Shown here piece after piece: positions 10,095 to 20,321 of a stretch of 58,680 nucleotides of DNA. The notes beneath the pieces are model-generated. The model saw only the letters and a list, made by a program, of their open reading frames with translations. It did not search any database and was not told the DNA's origin. Numbering within the stretch: the first letter of the stretch is position 1; every line of letters begins with the position of its first letter. Both the position numbers and the translations under genes were made by a program. The stretch lies in sequence record SRR20825006_2814; one strand, written 5' to 3'.

Positions 10095-11102
10095 ATGGTT
10101 CAGTCCGCATGTCGGGCGAAAACGACGACGATCCAACGTGTCGTTTGCGTTGCTGCCGTTTTGGCTCTGATGGTCACCGGGTGCACGTCGTCCAATTCCA
10201 CTTCGCAATCCAAGGACGATGGCAATGACAAACCGCGAGTGGCGTTGATCATGAAGTCGTTGGCCAATGAGTTCTTTTCGACAATGGCCAAAGGAGCCGA
10301 GGCTCATCAAGCGGAGCATTCGGACCAGTACGAGTTGGTCGTCAACGGCATCAAAGACGAACGCGATGTCAGTCGGCAAGTTGCTTTGGTGGAAGAAATG
10401 GTCGCCAGCGGTGTGGATGCCATCGTTATCGCGCCCGCGGATTCCAAGGTATTGGTGCCCGCTCTTCGACGAGCCATGACTGCGGGAGTGGTCGTGGTCA
10501 ACATTGACAACCGTTTGGATGCGGACGTGCTGCAGCAAGAAAACATTGCGGTTCCCTTTGTGGGCCCAGACAACCTGGCGGGAGCGAAAGCCGTGGGTGA
10601 CTACTTGGCCGCCAATCGCAAAGGCGACAAAGTCGCGATTTTGGAAGGCATTCGCACTTCGTTCAATGCTCAACAGCGATTGAAGGGATTTGAGGCCGCG
10701 ATGAAAGAGGCCAACATGGAAATCGTCAGCAGCCAATCCGCGGATTGGGAGATGTCGCGAGCCAACACGGTTGCGTCGTCGATGTTGAGCGAGCATCCAG
10801 AAATCTCTGCGATCTTGGCCGCCAATGATTCCATGGCTCTCGGCGCCATCGCCGCGGTTAAGAGTGCAGGCCGTGCGGGCGAAGTGCAAATCGTTGGATT
10901 CGACAACATCACCGCGATTCGGCAGGCGATTGAAGAAGGCAAGGTGCTGGCCACCGCGGATCAACACGGTGATCAGTTGGCTGTCTTTGGCATCGAAGCT
11001 GCGCTGGAACAGCTCGGCGATTCTTCGGACTCGGTAGCTTCCATCGAAGACGTTGAAACGCCCGTCGATCTGATCACGTCCGAGACTCTGAGCAACGAAT
11101 GA
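10095..11102 (+). CDS. rbsB: Sugar ABC transporter substrate-binding lipoprotein (RbsB-like)
   Basis: Lipobox VTGC, LANEFF, VGPDN, AANDSMALGA, VGFD; start uncertain. Confidence 0.85.
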   Translation: MVQSACRAKTTTIQRVVCVAAVLALMVTGCTSSNSTSQSKDDGNDKPRVALIMKSLANEFFSTMAKGAEAHQAEHSDQYELVVNGIKDERDVSRQVALVEEMVASGVDAIVIAPADSKVLVPALRRAMTAGVVVVNIDNRLDADVLQQENIAVPFVGPDNLAGAKAVGDYLAANRKGDKVAILEGIRTSFNAQQRLKGFEAAMKEANMEIVSSQSADWEMSRANTVASSMLSEHPEISAILAANDSMALGAIAAVKSAGRAGEVQIVGFDNITAIRQAIEEGKVLATADQHGDQLAVFGIEAALEQLGDSSDSVASIEDVETPVDLITSETLSNE

Positions 11103-12667
11103 AGGTCGCTCTTTCGGTTCGCGGCCTGACGAAGTCTTACGGCAACGTCACGGTGCTGAACGATGTTTCAATCGATTTTCATGCTGGCCATCTACACGCT
11201 TTGCTTGGTGCCAATGGTGCTGGCAAGAGCACGCTGTGCAAGATCATCAGCGGTTTGGTTCCGGCATCCGCAGGGCAAATGTCTCTGGGCGGTGGCGACT
11301 ATCAGCCTGGCAGCAAACAGGATGCGGAGGCCAGTGGAGTTCAGATTGTTCAGCAAGAATTGAATTTGGTCGAAACGTTGTCGGTCGCCGAGAACCTTCG
11401 GCTGGCGTCTCTGCCCAATCGGTGGGGCGTTTTGCGAATGAGCGAACTGCATCGTTCCGCTCGCAAAATATTGGATCGGTTTGGTCTGCCCGATGTCGAC
11501 ACGCACACGATCGTTGGCAGTTTGGGTGTTGGCAAACAACAGATGGTCGAAATCGCGGCGGCGCTCGCCCGTGACGCTCGCGTGTTGATTTTAGATGAAC
11601 CAACGGCTGCGCTTTCCGGGAGTGAATCCGAAGAGTTGTTTACGCATCTCACCCGCATGCGTGAACAAGGCGTCGCGATCATCTACATCTCGCACCGACT
11701 CGAAGAGGTTCAGCAACTGTCCGACGAAGTCAGCGTGCTGCGCGACGGTCAGCTCGTTACCACAGAACCCATCGCAAACATCAATCGTGAAAAGATGGTT
11801 GCTTGGATGAGTTCCGAGGAAGAAGCGGACGACGATTCCAGACAGCCAGCGGCCAGCTTTGTCAGTCATCGTCGAGACGAGGTCGGTTTGTCGGTTAAGG
11901 GGATCTCATGCGGGATGGTCAACAACGTTTCGTTCGATGTTCGTCGAGGAGAACGTTTGGGGATCGCTGGATTGGTGGGTTCCGGAAGAACGGAGTTGCT
12001 ACGAGCAATCTTTGGTGCCGACGTGGCTGATTCGGGGCACGTGTCGCTGGCCGGTGGCGAGGCAGTTCGCTTCACCCATCCCAGTCAGGCTGTCGAAGCT
12101 GGTTTCGCGATGGTGACCGAAGATCGAAAGCAGAACGGGTTGCTGCTGACTCAGCCGATCCGAGCCAACACTTCGCTGGCCGCGCTTGCCACCAAGTTTT
12201 CCGCCAAGGGATGGATTCGGCAAACAGCGGAGGCTGAGTCGGCCAGTGCGATCCACGCGTCGTTGGAAACTCGGTGCCAATCCTTGGAGCAACCTGTCGG
12301 CACGCTCAGCGGTGGCAATCAACAAAAGGTCGCGGTGGCCAAGTGGTTGACGCGTGGTGCCGAAATCTACCTGTTCGATGAACCGTCTCGCGGGATTGAT
12401 GTGGCCGCTCGCGCTAAACTTTATGAACTGTTTGAGGAATTGGCCAAACAAGGCAAGACGATCGTGATTGTGAGCAGTGATTTGGAAGAGTTGTTTGAAA
12501 CCTGCGATGCAATCGCAGTCATGTCCGCCGGCAGAATGGTGACAAAGTTCGAACGAGACGACTTCAGCGAAGATTCGATTTTGGAAGCTTCCTTCGCGGG
12601 GCAAGAATCGAAGCGGACCACCGCGGAGTCGGATGACAGATGGCAGAACGAAGAGGCGACACCATGA
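11099..12667 (+). CDS. rbsA: Sugar ABC transporter ATP-binding protein (two NBDs, RbsA-like)
   Basis: GANGAGKS, ILDEPT, YISHRL, GLVGSGRTE, LSGGNQQK, DEPSRGIDV. Confidence 0.92.
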   Translation: MKVALSVRGLTKSYGNVTVLNDVSIDFHAGHLHALLGANGAGKSTLCKIISGLVPASAGQMSLGGGDYQPGSKQDAEASGVQIVQQELNLVETLSVAENLRLASLPNRWGVLRMSELHRSARKILDRFGLPDVDTHTIVGSLGVGKQQMVEIAAALARDARVLILDEPTAALSGSESEELFTHLTRMREQGVAIIYISHRLEEVQQLSDEVSVLRDGQLVTTEPIANINREKMVAWMSSEEEADDDSRQPAASFVSHRRDEVGLSVKGISCGMVNNVSFDVRRGERLGIAGLVGSGRTELLRAIFGADVADSGHVSLAGGEAVRFTHPSQAVEAGFAMVTEDRKQNGLLLTQPIRANTSLAALATKFSAKGWIRQTAEAESASAIHASLETRCQSLEQPVGTLSGGNQQKVAVAKWLTRGAEIYLFDEPSRGIDVAARAKLYELFEELAKQGKTIVIVSSDLEELFETCDAIAVMSAGRMVTKFERDDFSEDSILEASFAGQESKRTTAESDDRWQNEEATP

Positions 12668-13620
12668 ATCGGTTGCAAGGGTTTTTGAAACAGCTCGCCC
12701 CGCATTTCGGGTTGGTGGCGGTCTTGTTGGTGCTGGTGGCAATCTTCTCAATGCTCAGCAACAACTTCTTCCAAATATCCACGGTGATCTCGATCGCCAA
12801 TCAGGTCCCCGATCTAACGTTCTTGGTCGTCGGGATGACATTGGTATTGATCATCGGTGGAATCGATTTGTCGGTTGGTTCGTTGCTGGCGGTATCGTCA
12901 GCGGTGCTGGGCGTTTTGATGGTCAACTATGAATGGTCGATTTGGGCGGCGTTTCCGATTGCGGTTCTGGTGGCAGCCATCGGCGGTGGGTTAAATGGAG
13001 CCATTTCGATCGGGTTTGGAATTCCATCCTTCATTGTCACGTTGGGCATGCTCGAGATCGCTCGTGGGGCAACCAAAGTGGTCACGGATTCTCAGGCGAT
13101 CTACATCGGCAGCCGAATTGAATGGTTCGGTCAGCCTCTGCCCGGCGTGTTCGTTTCACCCGCCTTCATGTTCGCGATCGCAACGGTGGTTCTGGGGCAG
13201 TTGTTTTTGACTCGGACGGTTTGGGGACGCTACTGCATCGCGATTGGCACCAATGCGGAAGCGGTTCGAATGTCTGGGATCCGGTCGGCTCCATTGTGCA
13301 TCGCGATTTTCGCGATCAGCGGGATGATGTGCGGTCTAGCAGGCCTCGCACAAACGTCGCGATTGTCGACCGCCGATCCCAATGCTGCCATCGGAATCGA
13401 GTTGGCTGCGATTGCCGCTTGCGTCATTGGCGGGACCAGTTTGATGGGAGGCCGCGGGAATGTGGTCCGATCGTTTATTGGTGTGCTGATCATCCAAGTC
13501 TTGCAGACCGGACTGGCTCAAGTCGGCGTGTCCGACGCGAGCAAACAGATCATCACTGGGGTGGTGATCGTTGTGGCAGTCTTGATTGACGCTCTGAGAA
13601 CTCGTTGGAGTCGAAATTGA
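12664..13620 (+). CDS. rbsC: Sugar ABC transporter permease (RbsC-like)
   Basis: GGIDLSVGS, IPSFIVTLG, GTNAEAVRMSGI, ELAAIAACVIGGTSLMGG; ATGA overlap with rbsA. Confidence 0.92.
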   Translation: MNRLQGFLKQLAPHFGLVAVLLVLVAIFSMLSNNFFQISTVISIANQVPDLTFLVVGMTLVLIIGGIDLSVGSLLAVSSAVLGVLMVNYEWSIWAAFPIAVLVAAIGGGLNGAISIGFGIPSFIVTLGMLEIARGATKVVTDSQAIYIGSRIEWFGQPLPGVFVSPAFMFAIATVVLGQLFLTRTVWGRYCIAIGTNAEAVRMSGIRSAPLCIAIFAISGMMCGLAGLAQTSRLSTADPNAAIGIELAAIAACVIGGTSLMGGRGNVVRSFIGVLIIQVLQTGLAQVGVSDASKQIITGVVIVVAVLIDALRTRWSRN

Positions 13621-13661
13621 TCGGGGCGATCATGGCTTATCAGAATTCAATGTGGTGATTG

Positions 13662-15911
13662 TCAGTCGTCCGATTCATCTGCCATCTCGTTCTTCATGCA
13701 AGAGGCGACGATGCGGATCTTTTCATACGAAACTTCTTCGCCGAGTGCTTCGAAGACTGGGCGAAGTCGTTCGTCTTCGGCTGCCATCAATGCGGCACGG
13801 ATAGCCTCGGCCTCTTCGTTGGAAACCCATTGTGATGGATCGGTGATTTTTTCCGCTTGGATGTAGTCGCTGAGGTACTTGTTTACCGTCGACTCGGCGC
13901 GGCCCATTTTCGAAGCGACCTCTTCCACCGAACATCCCTCGCGAAAAAGTTGGGATGCTTGGACCGTGGCGGCGTTGGGAGTTGCGTTCACGCGAGGTTT
14001 GCTGATGGCCGCCGAAGAGGCATTGGCAGTTTGGTCTCTGTCCAGAGGGCTTTCCTCGCAGTACTGATCAATCGAGTCCAAAAACAGTTGTCCAAACTCT
14101 TCGCGTTTTCGATCCCCAATTCCACGGATGTTGGTCAGTTTTTCAATGGAAGTTGGACGGACGCGAGCCAATTCGCGAAGGACGGCATCGCCGAAAATGA
14201 CGTAGGCTGGCACGCCTCGTTCCGATGCCATTTCGCTGCGCAGGGAACGGAGATGATCAAACAGTTTGCGATCGACACCTTCCCAAGATTCATTCGCGGC
14301 GGGACGGCGTGACGAGCTTTTCGCCGACACTTTTGTGAGCGTCACTTCACCTTCGCGTTTCAGAAGGGCTCGTCCGGATTCAGTCAGGCGAAGTGATTGA
14401 AACTCGCCGGTCCGGATCAAATGGTTTTGAGAAATGAGTTGTTCGATCCATGTGCGAACGGCGGTGGCACCTTCGCTGGAGAGCAGGTTGTAGGTGCTTA
14501 GTTGATCGTGTCCTGCCTGAATGACTTTTTGGTCACGCGATCCGGTAAGAACTTTGACTGTGTGGCCGGCGCCGTATCGCTCTTTCAAACGAACCACGCA
14601 CGACAAGATTTTCTGCGCAAGAGTGATCGGATCGTCCACGACGTCGAGTTCGCCCAGGCAAACATCGCACGCATTGCAGTTGTCCGAGTCGTATTCCTGC
14701 CCGAAGTATTCCACGAGCGATGCGTGTCGGCATTGCACACCGTTGCACAGTGCCGCCATCGATTCGACCGATGCCATGGCGGATTGGAAGTTGCTACGGT
14801 CGCCGTTCTCCAAAATGCGCTTCCATGACATCAGATCACCGCCACTGTGCAGGAGGATGCATTCGGCGGCGAGACCATCGCGTCCTGCTCGACCACTTTC
14901 CTGTTGATAGTGCTCGATTGACTTAGGCATCCCTGCGTGAATGACAAATCGAACATTGGATTTGTCGATGCCCATGCCGAAGGCGACCGTGGCGACGATC
15001 ACGTCGACTTTCTCTTGAATGAACGCTTCCTGATTGGCCTGTCGAACTTCGTCAGGCAGTCCCGCGTGATAAGGAAGCGTTCGGACGCCCATGGATTCGA
15101 GTGCAGCGGCAGTTTGTTCGACTTCTTTGCGAGTGATGCAATACACCACACCTGACTCGCCGGGATGTTGAGCAATGCATTGCTGGATCTGATTCAATTT
15201 GCCATCGGCGCGTAGCATTCGGTAGGTCAAGTTCGGCCGATCGAAGTCACCAACCAGAATGTTTGGTTGATTCAGTTGCAGTTGTTCGGCGATGTCATCG
15301 CGAACTTGTTCGGATGCGGTGGCGGTGAAAGCGTGCACGGACGCGGAGGGGAATTGTTCTTTGAGGATTCGTAGTCCGCGGTACTCGGGACGGAAATCAT
15401 GTCCCCAGTTGCTAACGCAGTGGGCTTCGTCGATTGCGAAGAAAGAAATCGGCAGGCTGCGTAGGAAGTCGAGCGTCTTCGGCGTGAGCAACCGTTCTGG
15501 GGCGAGGTAGAGAATTTTGATCTCGCCTCGGCGAATTCGTTCTGCCGTTTCGCGTTTCTGTTCCACCGACTGGGTGCTGTTGACCAATGCCGCCGAAACA
15601 CCGTTGCTGGTCAACGCGTCGACTTGATCTTTCATCAAAGAGATCAATGGTGAGACGACCACGGACATTCCGTCGCGAACGAGCGCAGGAACTTGGTAGC
15701 ACAATGACTTCCCGCCGCCGGTTGGCAAAACAACCAAACTGTCTCGGCCTTGGATCACATCCTGGACGGCATCTGCTTGCAACGGACGGAAGGAGTCATA
15801 GCCCCAAACCGATCGGAGGACCGAATGGGCACGATCCATCTCGTCACCGGACGAATTGGACGGTGCGAGGGTTGAGGTCGAATCAGAAGGCGACGACATC
15901 CGAGAACTCAC
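13662..15911 (-). CDS. recQ: ATP-dependent DNA helicase RecQ
   Basis: PTGGGKSLCYQ, DEAHC..WGHDFRP, QESGRAGRDG, Zn-binding CR..YFG/CNACDVC, RQC, HRDC and C-terminal HTH. Confidence 0.96.
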   Translation of the reverse strand: MSSRMSSPSDSTSTLAPSNSSGDEMDRAHSVLRSVWGYDSFRPLQADAVQDVIQGRDSLVVLPTGGGKSLCYQVPALVRDGMSVVVSPLISLMKDQVDALTSNGVSAALVNSTQSVEQKRETAERIRRGEIKILYLAPERLLTPKTLDFLRSLPISFFAIDEAHCVSNWGHDFRPEYRGLRILKEQFPSASVHAFTATASEQVRDDIAEQLQLNQPNILVGDFDRPNLTYRMLRADGKLNQIQQCIAQHPGESGVVYCITRKEVEQTAAALESMGVRTLPYHAGLPDEVRQANQEAFIQEKVDVIVATVAFGMGIDKSNVRFVIHAGMPKSIEHYQQESGRAGRDGLAAECILLHSGGDLMSWKRILENGDRSNFQSAMASVESMAALCNGVQCRHASLVEYFGQEYDSDNCNACDVCLGELDVVDDPITLAQKILSCVVRLKERYGAGHTVKVLTGSRDQKVIQAGHDQLSTYNLLSSEGATAVRTWIEQLISQNHLIRTGEFQSLRLTESGRALLKREGEVTLTKVSAKSSSRRPAANESWEGVDRKLFDHLRSLRSEMASERGVPAYVIFGDAVLRELARVRPTSIEKLTNIRGIGDRKREEFGQLFLDSIDQYCEESPLDRDQTANASSAAISKPRVNATPNAATVQASQLFREGCSVEEVASKMGRAESTVNKYLSDYIQAEKITDPSQWVSNEEAEAIRAALMAAEDERLRPVFEALGEEVSYEKIRIVASCMKNEMADESDD

Positions 15912-15986
15912 TGCAATCGTTCGAAAAAGAAGATCGAACAGATTAGCAGTTTCAGGGAACAGTGTCGTTCACTCGATCGAGGGTAT

Positions 15987-16610
15987 TCAGCCGCGGCCCA
16001 TTTTTGCGCGGGCCCGATGAAGCAATGGGCCAATCGTGTTTTCGCTCAATCCGACCGCTTGGCTGATCTCTTGATAGGACTTGCCTTCCAAGTGATACAT
16101 CCGCACGACGCTCGCTTCACGCGGGTCCAAACGTAACATCAGATGTTCGACTTCTTCGGCATTTTCGATCCGTTGAAGTTCACCGTTGACCTGCGTCGGT
16201 GTGGCGTGGCCGTTGGCCGCACCGTTGACAGTGTTTCCGTTGGCTAAGTTTCCGTTATCCAGCGAGTTTCCAACGGAAGATGCTGAAATGTGGGTTCCCG
16301 AAACCGCTGAATTGGCAGTCAGGCGGCGGACCACAACGCGTCGAGCCACGATCGTCAGGTACGTCGCGAGCGAGCATTGGCGACGAAAACGGCGAAGCAC
16401 GGCGAAATCATGCCGGACGTAAACCAGGAACACTTCCGCCACCATGTCGTCGCGGGTGGATTCGTCCATGGACAAGCCACGGCCCATCGCGGTCCGATTG
16501 ACGACATGGACGACCAGACCAACAAATCGATCGACAAAGTCTTGCCACGCCCGGGGTTCCCGGTCGAGGCAACGTTGCAGTAGCTGACGATCGACGTCGG
16601 AAAGGCTCAC
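15987..16610 (-). CDS. RNA polymerase ECF sigma-70 factor
   Basis: Sigma2 (AWQDFV...VF...SLATYL) and sigma4 (LDPREASVV..YHLEGKSYQEISQAVGLSENTI) joined by an N/G-rich linker. Confidence 0.88.
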   Translation of the reverse strand: MSLSDVDRQLLQRCLDREPRAWQDFVDRFVGLVVHVVNRTAMGRGLSMDESTRDDMVAEVFLVYVRHDFAVLRRFRRQCSLATYLTIVARRVVVRRLTANSAVSGTHISASSVGNSLDNGNLANGNTVNGAANGHATPTQVNGELQRIENAEEVEHLMLRLDPREASVVRMYHLEGKSYQEISQAVGLSENTIGPLLHRARAKMGRG

Positions 16611-16999
16611 AGTGATGGTCCGGAAGATGAGATGAATTGAGCCTGTGGGCTCAGGACTGAAGGCTAAAGGTCCGTCACAAGCCGCATAACCATGTTAGAT
16701 GGACGGGGGTTCGGTGGCAAGTTTTTCGCGGAAGATTGCGATTGTGCCGCACGGAGCGTTCGTCCAACGTTTTCGAGCCATTGGAGTCGAAATCTGGATG
16801 CCGAAGTTCCTGATCCCCGACGAATTCGGGGTCAGAACTTGGCTGGGTGGACCGGTGGTATTGATTGCGCGGACTTTGCGGGGATGAGAGGGTGCGAAAT
16901 CGGAGCGATTGATGCCCCTTGGGGACCCTCAGGCAGCCGGGTTCAAAATGGGACGTAGGGTTCCACATCTCGACAACGATGTCTCGCAGAATACCGGCT

Positions 17000-19393
17000 A
17001 TGAACGACCAAATGGTTCCCAGCGATTTCGCCAACCACAGTATGCCACCCGTGGTGCCTGTTCCCGCAGGCTCTCCTGCCAAGGATGCGGCCAACACCGA
17101 TTTAGATCAATCCAATCGTCCGCAGCTACAGAACCCCAGTTCCGATGCTCCGCCGTCAGATGCCGGGTCAACTGATGCCGCGCATTCGGCCTCTCGATTG
17201 AGCGAATTGCTGATGGGATTGGGGGAAGCGGCCACGGGGCAGCTTCCAGGGGTGATTGAACCCGCTTCGATCACAAACGCTCAGACCGATTCCGCGGCCA
17301 CTTCTGCGGAAGATACACGGCCGTTCGAAAATCATTTGGCCATGGCTCGATTGGGCATGGCGACATCGTTGTTTTATGCCTTGCGGACCAAACACGCTCC
17401 CACAGCTGCTCACAGCTTACGCGTTGCTCTGGCCTGTTCAGCATGGTGTGAACGGTTGGGATTGGCCGATGACGTGCGAGATCGCATCGAAGTCGCGGCA
17501 TTACTTCACGACATTGGCAAGATCGGAATTCCAGATCGCATTCTTCGAAAGCCCGGTAAGCTCAGCATCGAAGAGCAGCTCACGATGGATTGCTGCTCGG
17601 AACTCGGTTGCGAGATTCTGCGTGGCTGCACCGCCGATCAATCGTTATTGGACATCGTGAAGTACTGCGGCGTTTGGTACGACTCACGCCGACAAGAAGA
17701 CCATGTTCGTGGCGATGCATTGCCGATGGGCGCACGGATGATGTCGATCGCAGGTGCCTTTGATGCGATGACGACGGATCAAGTCTATCGTTCAGCACTC
17801 AGCCGAGAGCGTGCTTTGCAAGAACTGTTCCGGGGAAGCGGGACTCAATTCGACCCTGAGCTGACTCGCGATTTTGCAACCATGTTGGAGCGACGTCCTG
17901 AGCTGTTGCACAGCAGCGTCGTGAATCGTTGGTTGCAACAACTGGATGCGAATTCACCCAACTTCCTTGGCATGATGCGAACGGGAGAACAGGTCGGCAC
18001 GACGAACGTGGCTGCCGTGAAGCCGGCAGTGAATTGGCAGGGGGAAACTCCGGCCGTGCTACCATTCTATCAAGCGTTGGGCGATCAACTTCGCGATGGC
18101 GTTGCGTTTACTGATTGTGAAGGACAAGTCACGTTTTGGAATGAGACTTTGGCTCGGATGACCAGCGTGGCTTCGGAAGCAATGGTTGGGCGTCATTGGG
18201 ATGCCGACACACTCGGAATGGTCGACGAATCCGGCAACGAATCTGCAGTGTGCCCGGTTGCCGATAGCCTGCGATTGCAGACCACGGTGACTCGCACGAT
18301 GAAGATCGTTCATGGCAGTGCATCGCGAGACGTGTTGCTGCAGGTCAGTCCCGTGAGCGATCCCTATGGCGGCGGCGCATTGGTGCTGGTTCGCGATATG
18401 TCGGACCGGAACAAACTTCAAAGCCAAATTCAAACGTTGCACAAAAAGGCGACGAGTGATCCGCTGACGGGCATTGCCAACCGGGCTGAATTCGATAGCC
18501 GGTTGGTTCGCGCCACTGCGGATTCGAAAAAGAATAATTCGACATTTAGCCTGATCATCTGCGACATCGATCACTTCAAGCAAGTCAACGATGTTCACGG
18601 TCACCCGGCTGGCGATGAGGCGTTGGTCCAATTCGCTCGCGTTTTGGAAAGCCACGCACGAGATGAAGATTTGGTGGCTCGTTACGGCGGAGAAGAGTTC
18701 GTCTTCTTGGCCATCAACAGCGACAATGCCACCGCGGCTCGACGTGCCGAGCAGATCCGAAAGGCGATCGAAGTCACTCCACTGGATGGGCTCAACGGTG
18801 AATCGGTCACCGTCAGCTTTGGTGTCACGGAATATCAAACCGGCGACGCGGCAGAGACCATTCTGGCGCGATCGGACCGTGCTCTTTTGCAGGCGAAAGA
18901 GAACGGACGCAACCGAGTCGTGCAACTCGGATCGGGGATTCACCAAGACGAAGAAGTCGACTCGCGGCCAGGTTGGTTCCGTTGGTTGACGTCAAAGAGC
19001 GAAGACGAGAACAGCGAGTTCCATTTGGTCACGCCAGTGCCGACCGATTTGGCGGTCGAGAAGCTTCGCGGATTCATCTCGGATCACCGAGCGGAAATCA
19101 TTCAGGTCACCGGCAACGTGGTATCGCTCCGCATTGTCGCTCAGGGCGGCGGAAAAGGCCGACGGGCGAGTGATCATCAAATGATGCTGCACGTGTTGAT
19201 TCACCTGAATGAAGGTCAAGGCAAGCGGAATCGGAACGACAACAGCGTCACGCAAACCTCGTTGCGAGTCACCATCCAACCCGTTCGAAACCGCGACCGA
19301 CGCAGTCGTGACCTGACACCTTGCGTTCGCGAAGTGTTGGGGAGCCTCAAAAGCTACTTGATGGCTGAGATGGTTCAGAACAGCGACGACTGA
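17000..19393 (+). CDS. Diguanylate cyclase: degenerate HD-GYP + PAS + GGDEF + C-terminal domain
   Basis: LLHDIGK, GSGTQFDP; PAS (FWNETLARMT); DPLTGIANR, DIDHFKQVND.HGH, RDED I-site, RYGGEEF; start uncertain (16919-17000). Confidence 0.9.
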   Translation: MNDQMVPSDFANHSMPPVVPVPAGSPAKDAANTDLDQSNRPQLQNPSSDAPPSDAGSTDAAHSASRLSELLMGLGEAATGQLPGVIEPASITNAQTDSAATSAEDTRPFENHLAMARLGMATSLFYALRTKHAPTAAHSLRVALACSAWCERLGLADDVRDRIEVAALLHDIGKIGIPDRILRKPGKLSIEEQLTMDCCSELGCEILRGCTADQSLLDIVKYCGVWYDSRRQEDHVRGDALPMGARMMSIAGAFDAMTTDQVYRSALSRERALQELFRGSGTQFDPELTRDFATMLERRPELLHSSVVNRWLQQLDANSPNFLGMMRTGEQVGTTNVAAVKPAVNWQGETPAVLPFYQALGDQLRDGVAFTDCEGQVTFWNETLARMTSVASEAMVGRHWDADTLGMVDESGNESAVCPVADSLRLQTTVTRTMKIVHGSASRDVLLQVSPVSDPYGGGALVLVRDMSDRNKLQSQIQTLHKKATSDPLTGIANRAEFDSRLVRATADSKKNNSTFSLIICDIDHFKQVNDVHGHPAGDEALVQFARVLESHARDEDLVARYGGEEFVFLAINSDNATAARRAEQIRKAIEVTPLDGLNGESVTVSFGVTEYQTGDAAETILARSDRALLQAKENGRNRVVQLGSGIHQDEEVDSRPGWFRWLTSKSEDENSEFHLVTPVPTDLAVEKLRGFISDHRAEIIQVTGNVVSLRIVAQGGGKGRRASDHQMMLHVLIHLNEGQGKRNRNDNSVTQTSLRVTIQPVRNRDRRSRDLTPCVREVLGSLKSYLMAEMVQNSDD

Positions 19394-19896
19394 ATGTCGC
19401 CGCCGCCGCCTTGAAGAATGTGAACCAGCAAAGTCTTTGTTTGTTCGCCGATTCCTGGCGAGTTGCTTTCACGCGGTCCGGCCACGTTGAGGTTCTCTGG
19501 ACGATGCTCTTCCAACCAAGTCCGGATGCGTTTTGCAGCGGTCTTGGGGGAATCCAAATTCACCGCCAAAAATGGACGAGATTCACGGCGGCAGATTCTT
19601 TTTGTCAGGGCCGTGCCGCCTGAGATGCGTTCGCGGTAAAGGATCAGCGTTGCGTCAGTGTCGATCACGTTTTGCTCCGTTCGATCTGGATAATGTCGCG
19701 ACGCGTGTTCTTGCAAAAGATATCGATCGGGGATGCGGCCATCTTCCGCGATTCGACCGGCTGGGCACCATCCGCCATGTGGCAGGTGCAGTTCAATGGC
19801 GGCATCCAACGCACCACGATCCACGCCGGTTTGTCCGCCCGAAATGATCCATTTCGGAATGAAGGCGTCGGTCGATTGAGAATCAGAATTCGGCAT
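19375..19896 (-). CDS. SLOG-superfamily protein (putative molybdenum-cofactor carrier family)
   Basis: ISGGQTGVDRGALD, GGWCPAGR.AEDG, RTEQNV, LNVAGPRES. Confidence 0.82.
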   Translation of the reverse strand: MPNSDSQSTDAFIPKWIISGGQTGVDRGALDAAIELHLPHGGWCPAGRIAEDGRIPDRYLLQEHASRHYPDRTEQNVIDTDATLILYRERISGGTALTKRICRRESRPFLAVNLDSPKTAAKRIRTWLEEHRPENLNVAGPRESNSPGIGEQTKTLLVHILQGGGGDIQSSLF

Positions 19897-19985
19897 GCGG
19901 CGATGATAGCACGCAGGTTGGATCTGGGAATTGCGTAGCTTTCACCGAACCAGCATGCAGACATCGTTTGGCTTTTTGATGGCCG

Positions 19986-20321
19986 TCAGGGTGGATCGTA
20001 GCCGCCGGGATTCCACGGATGGCAACGGCCAATGCGTTTGATAGCTCGCCATGACCCGCGAATCGTACCGTGTTTCTGAATCGATTCGATTGCGTAGGCG
20101 CTGCATGTCGGTGTGAAGCGGCAGCTTGGCCCCATCATCGGACTGATCACGACTTGGTACCATCGAATACACAGCACCATTGTCGAGATTGCCAGTCGTG
20201 ACAAGAAACCACGAGAAACTGGCGGAGGTGACTCTGATGCAGCGTCATGCGGCGCAGCATTCTCCGATGAGACGCTTTCTCGCTCGACGTTTTTCTGTTC
20301 TTCCTGCAACCGATCTACCAT
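19986..20321 (-). CDS. yidD: Membrane protein insertion efficiency factor YidD
   Basis: IRWYQ..ISP...[11 protein letters not shown]...[15 protein letters not shown]; start uncertain. Confidence 0.9.
   Translation of the reverse strand: MVDRLQEEQKNVERESVSSENAAPHDAASESPPPVSRGFLSRLAISTMVLCIRWYQVVISPMMGPSCRFTPTCSAYAIESIQKHGTIRGSWRAIKRIGRCHPWNPGGYDPP

Noticed and set aside
19375-19896. SLOG protein as part of a nucleotide-signalling defence system with the cyclase
   Set aside because: Convergent orientation, and no effector or defence genes nearby
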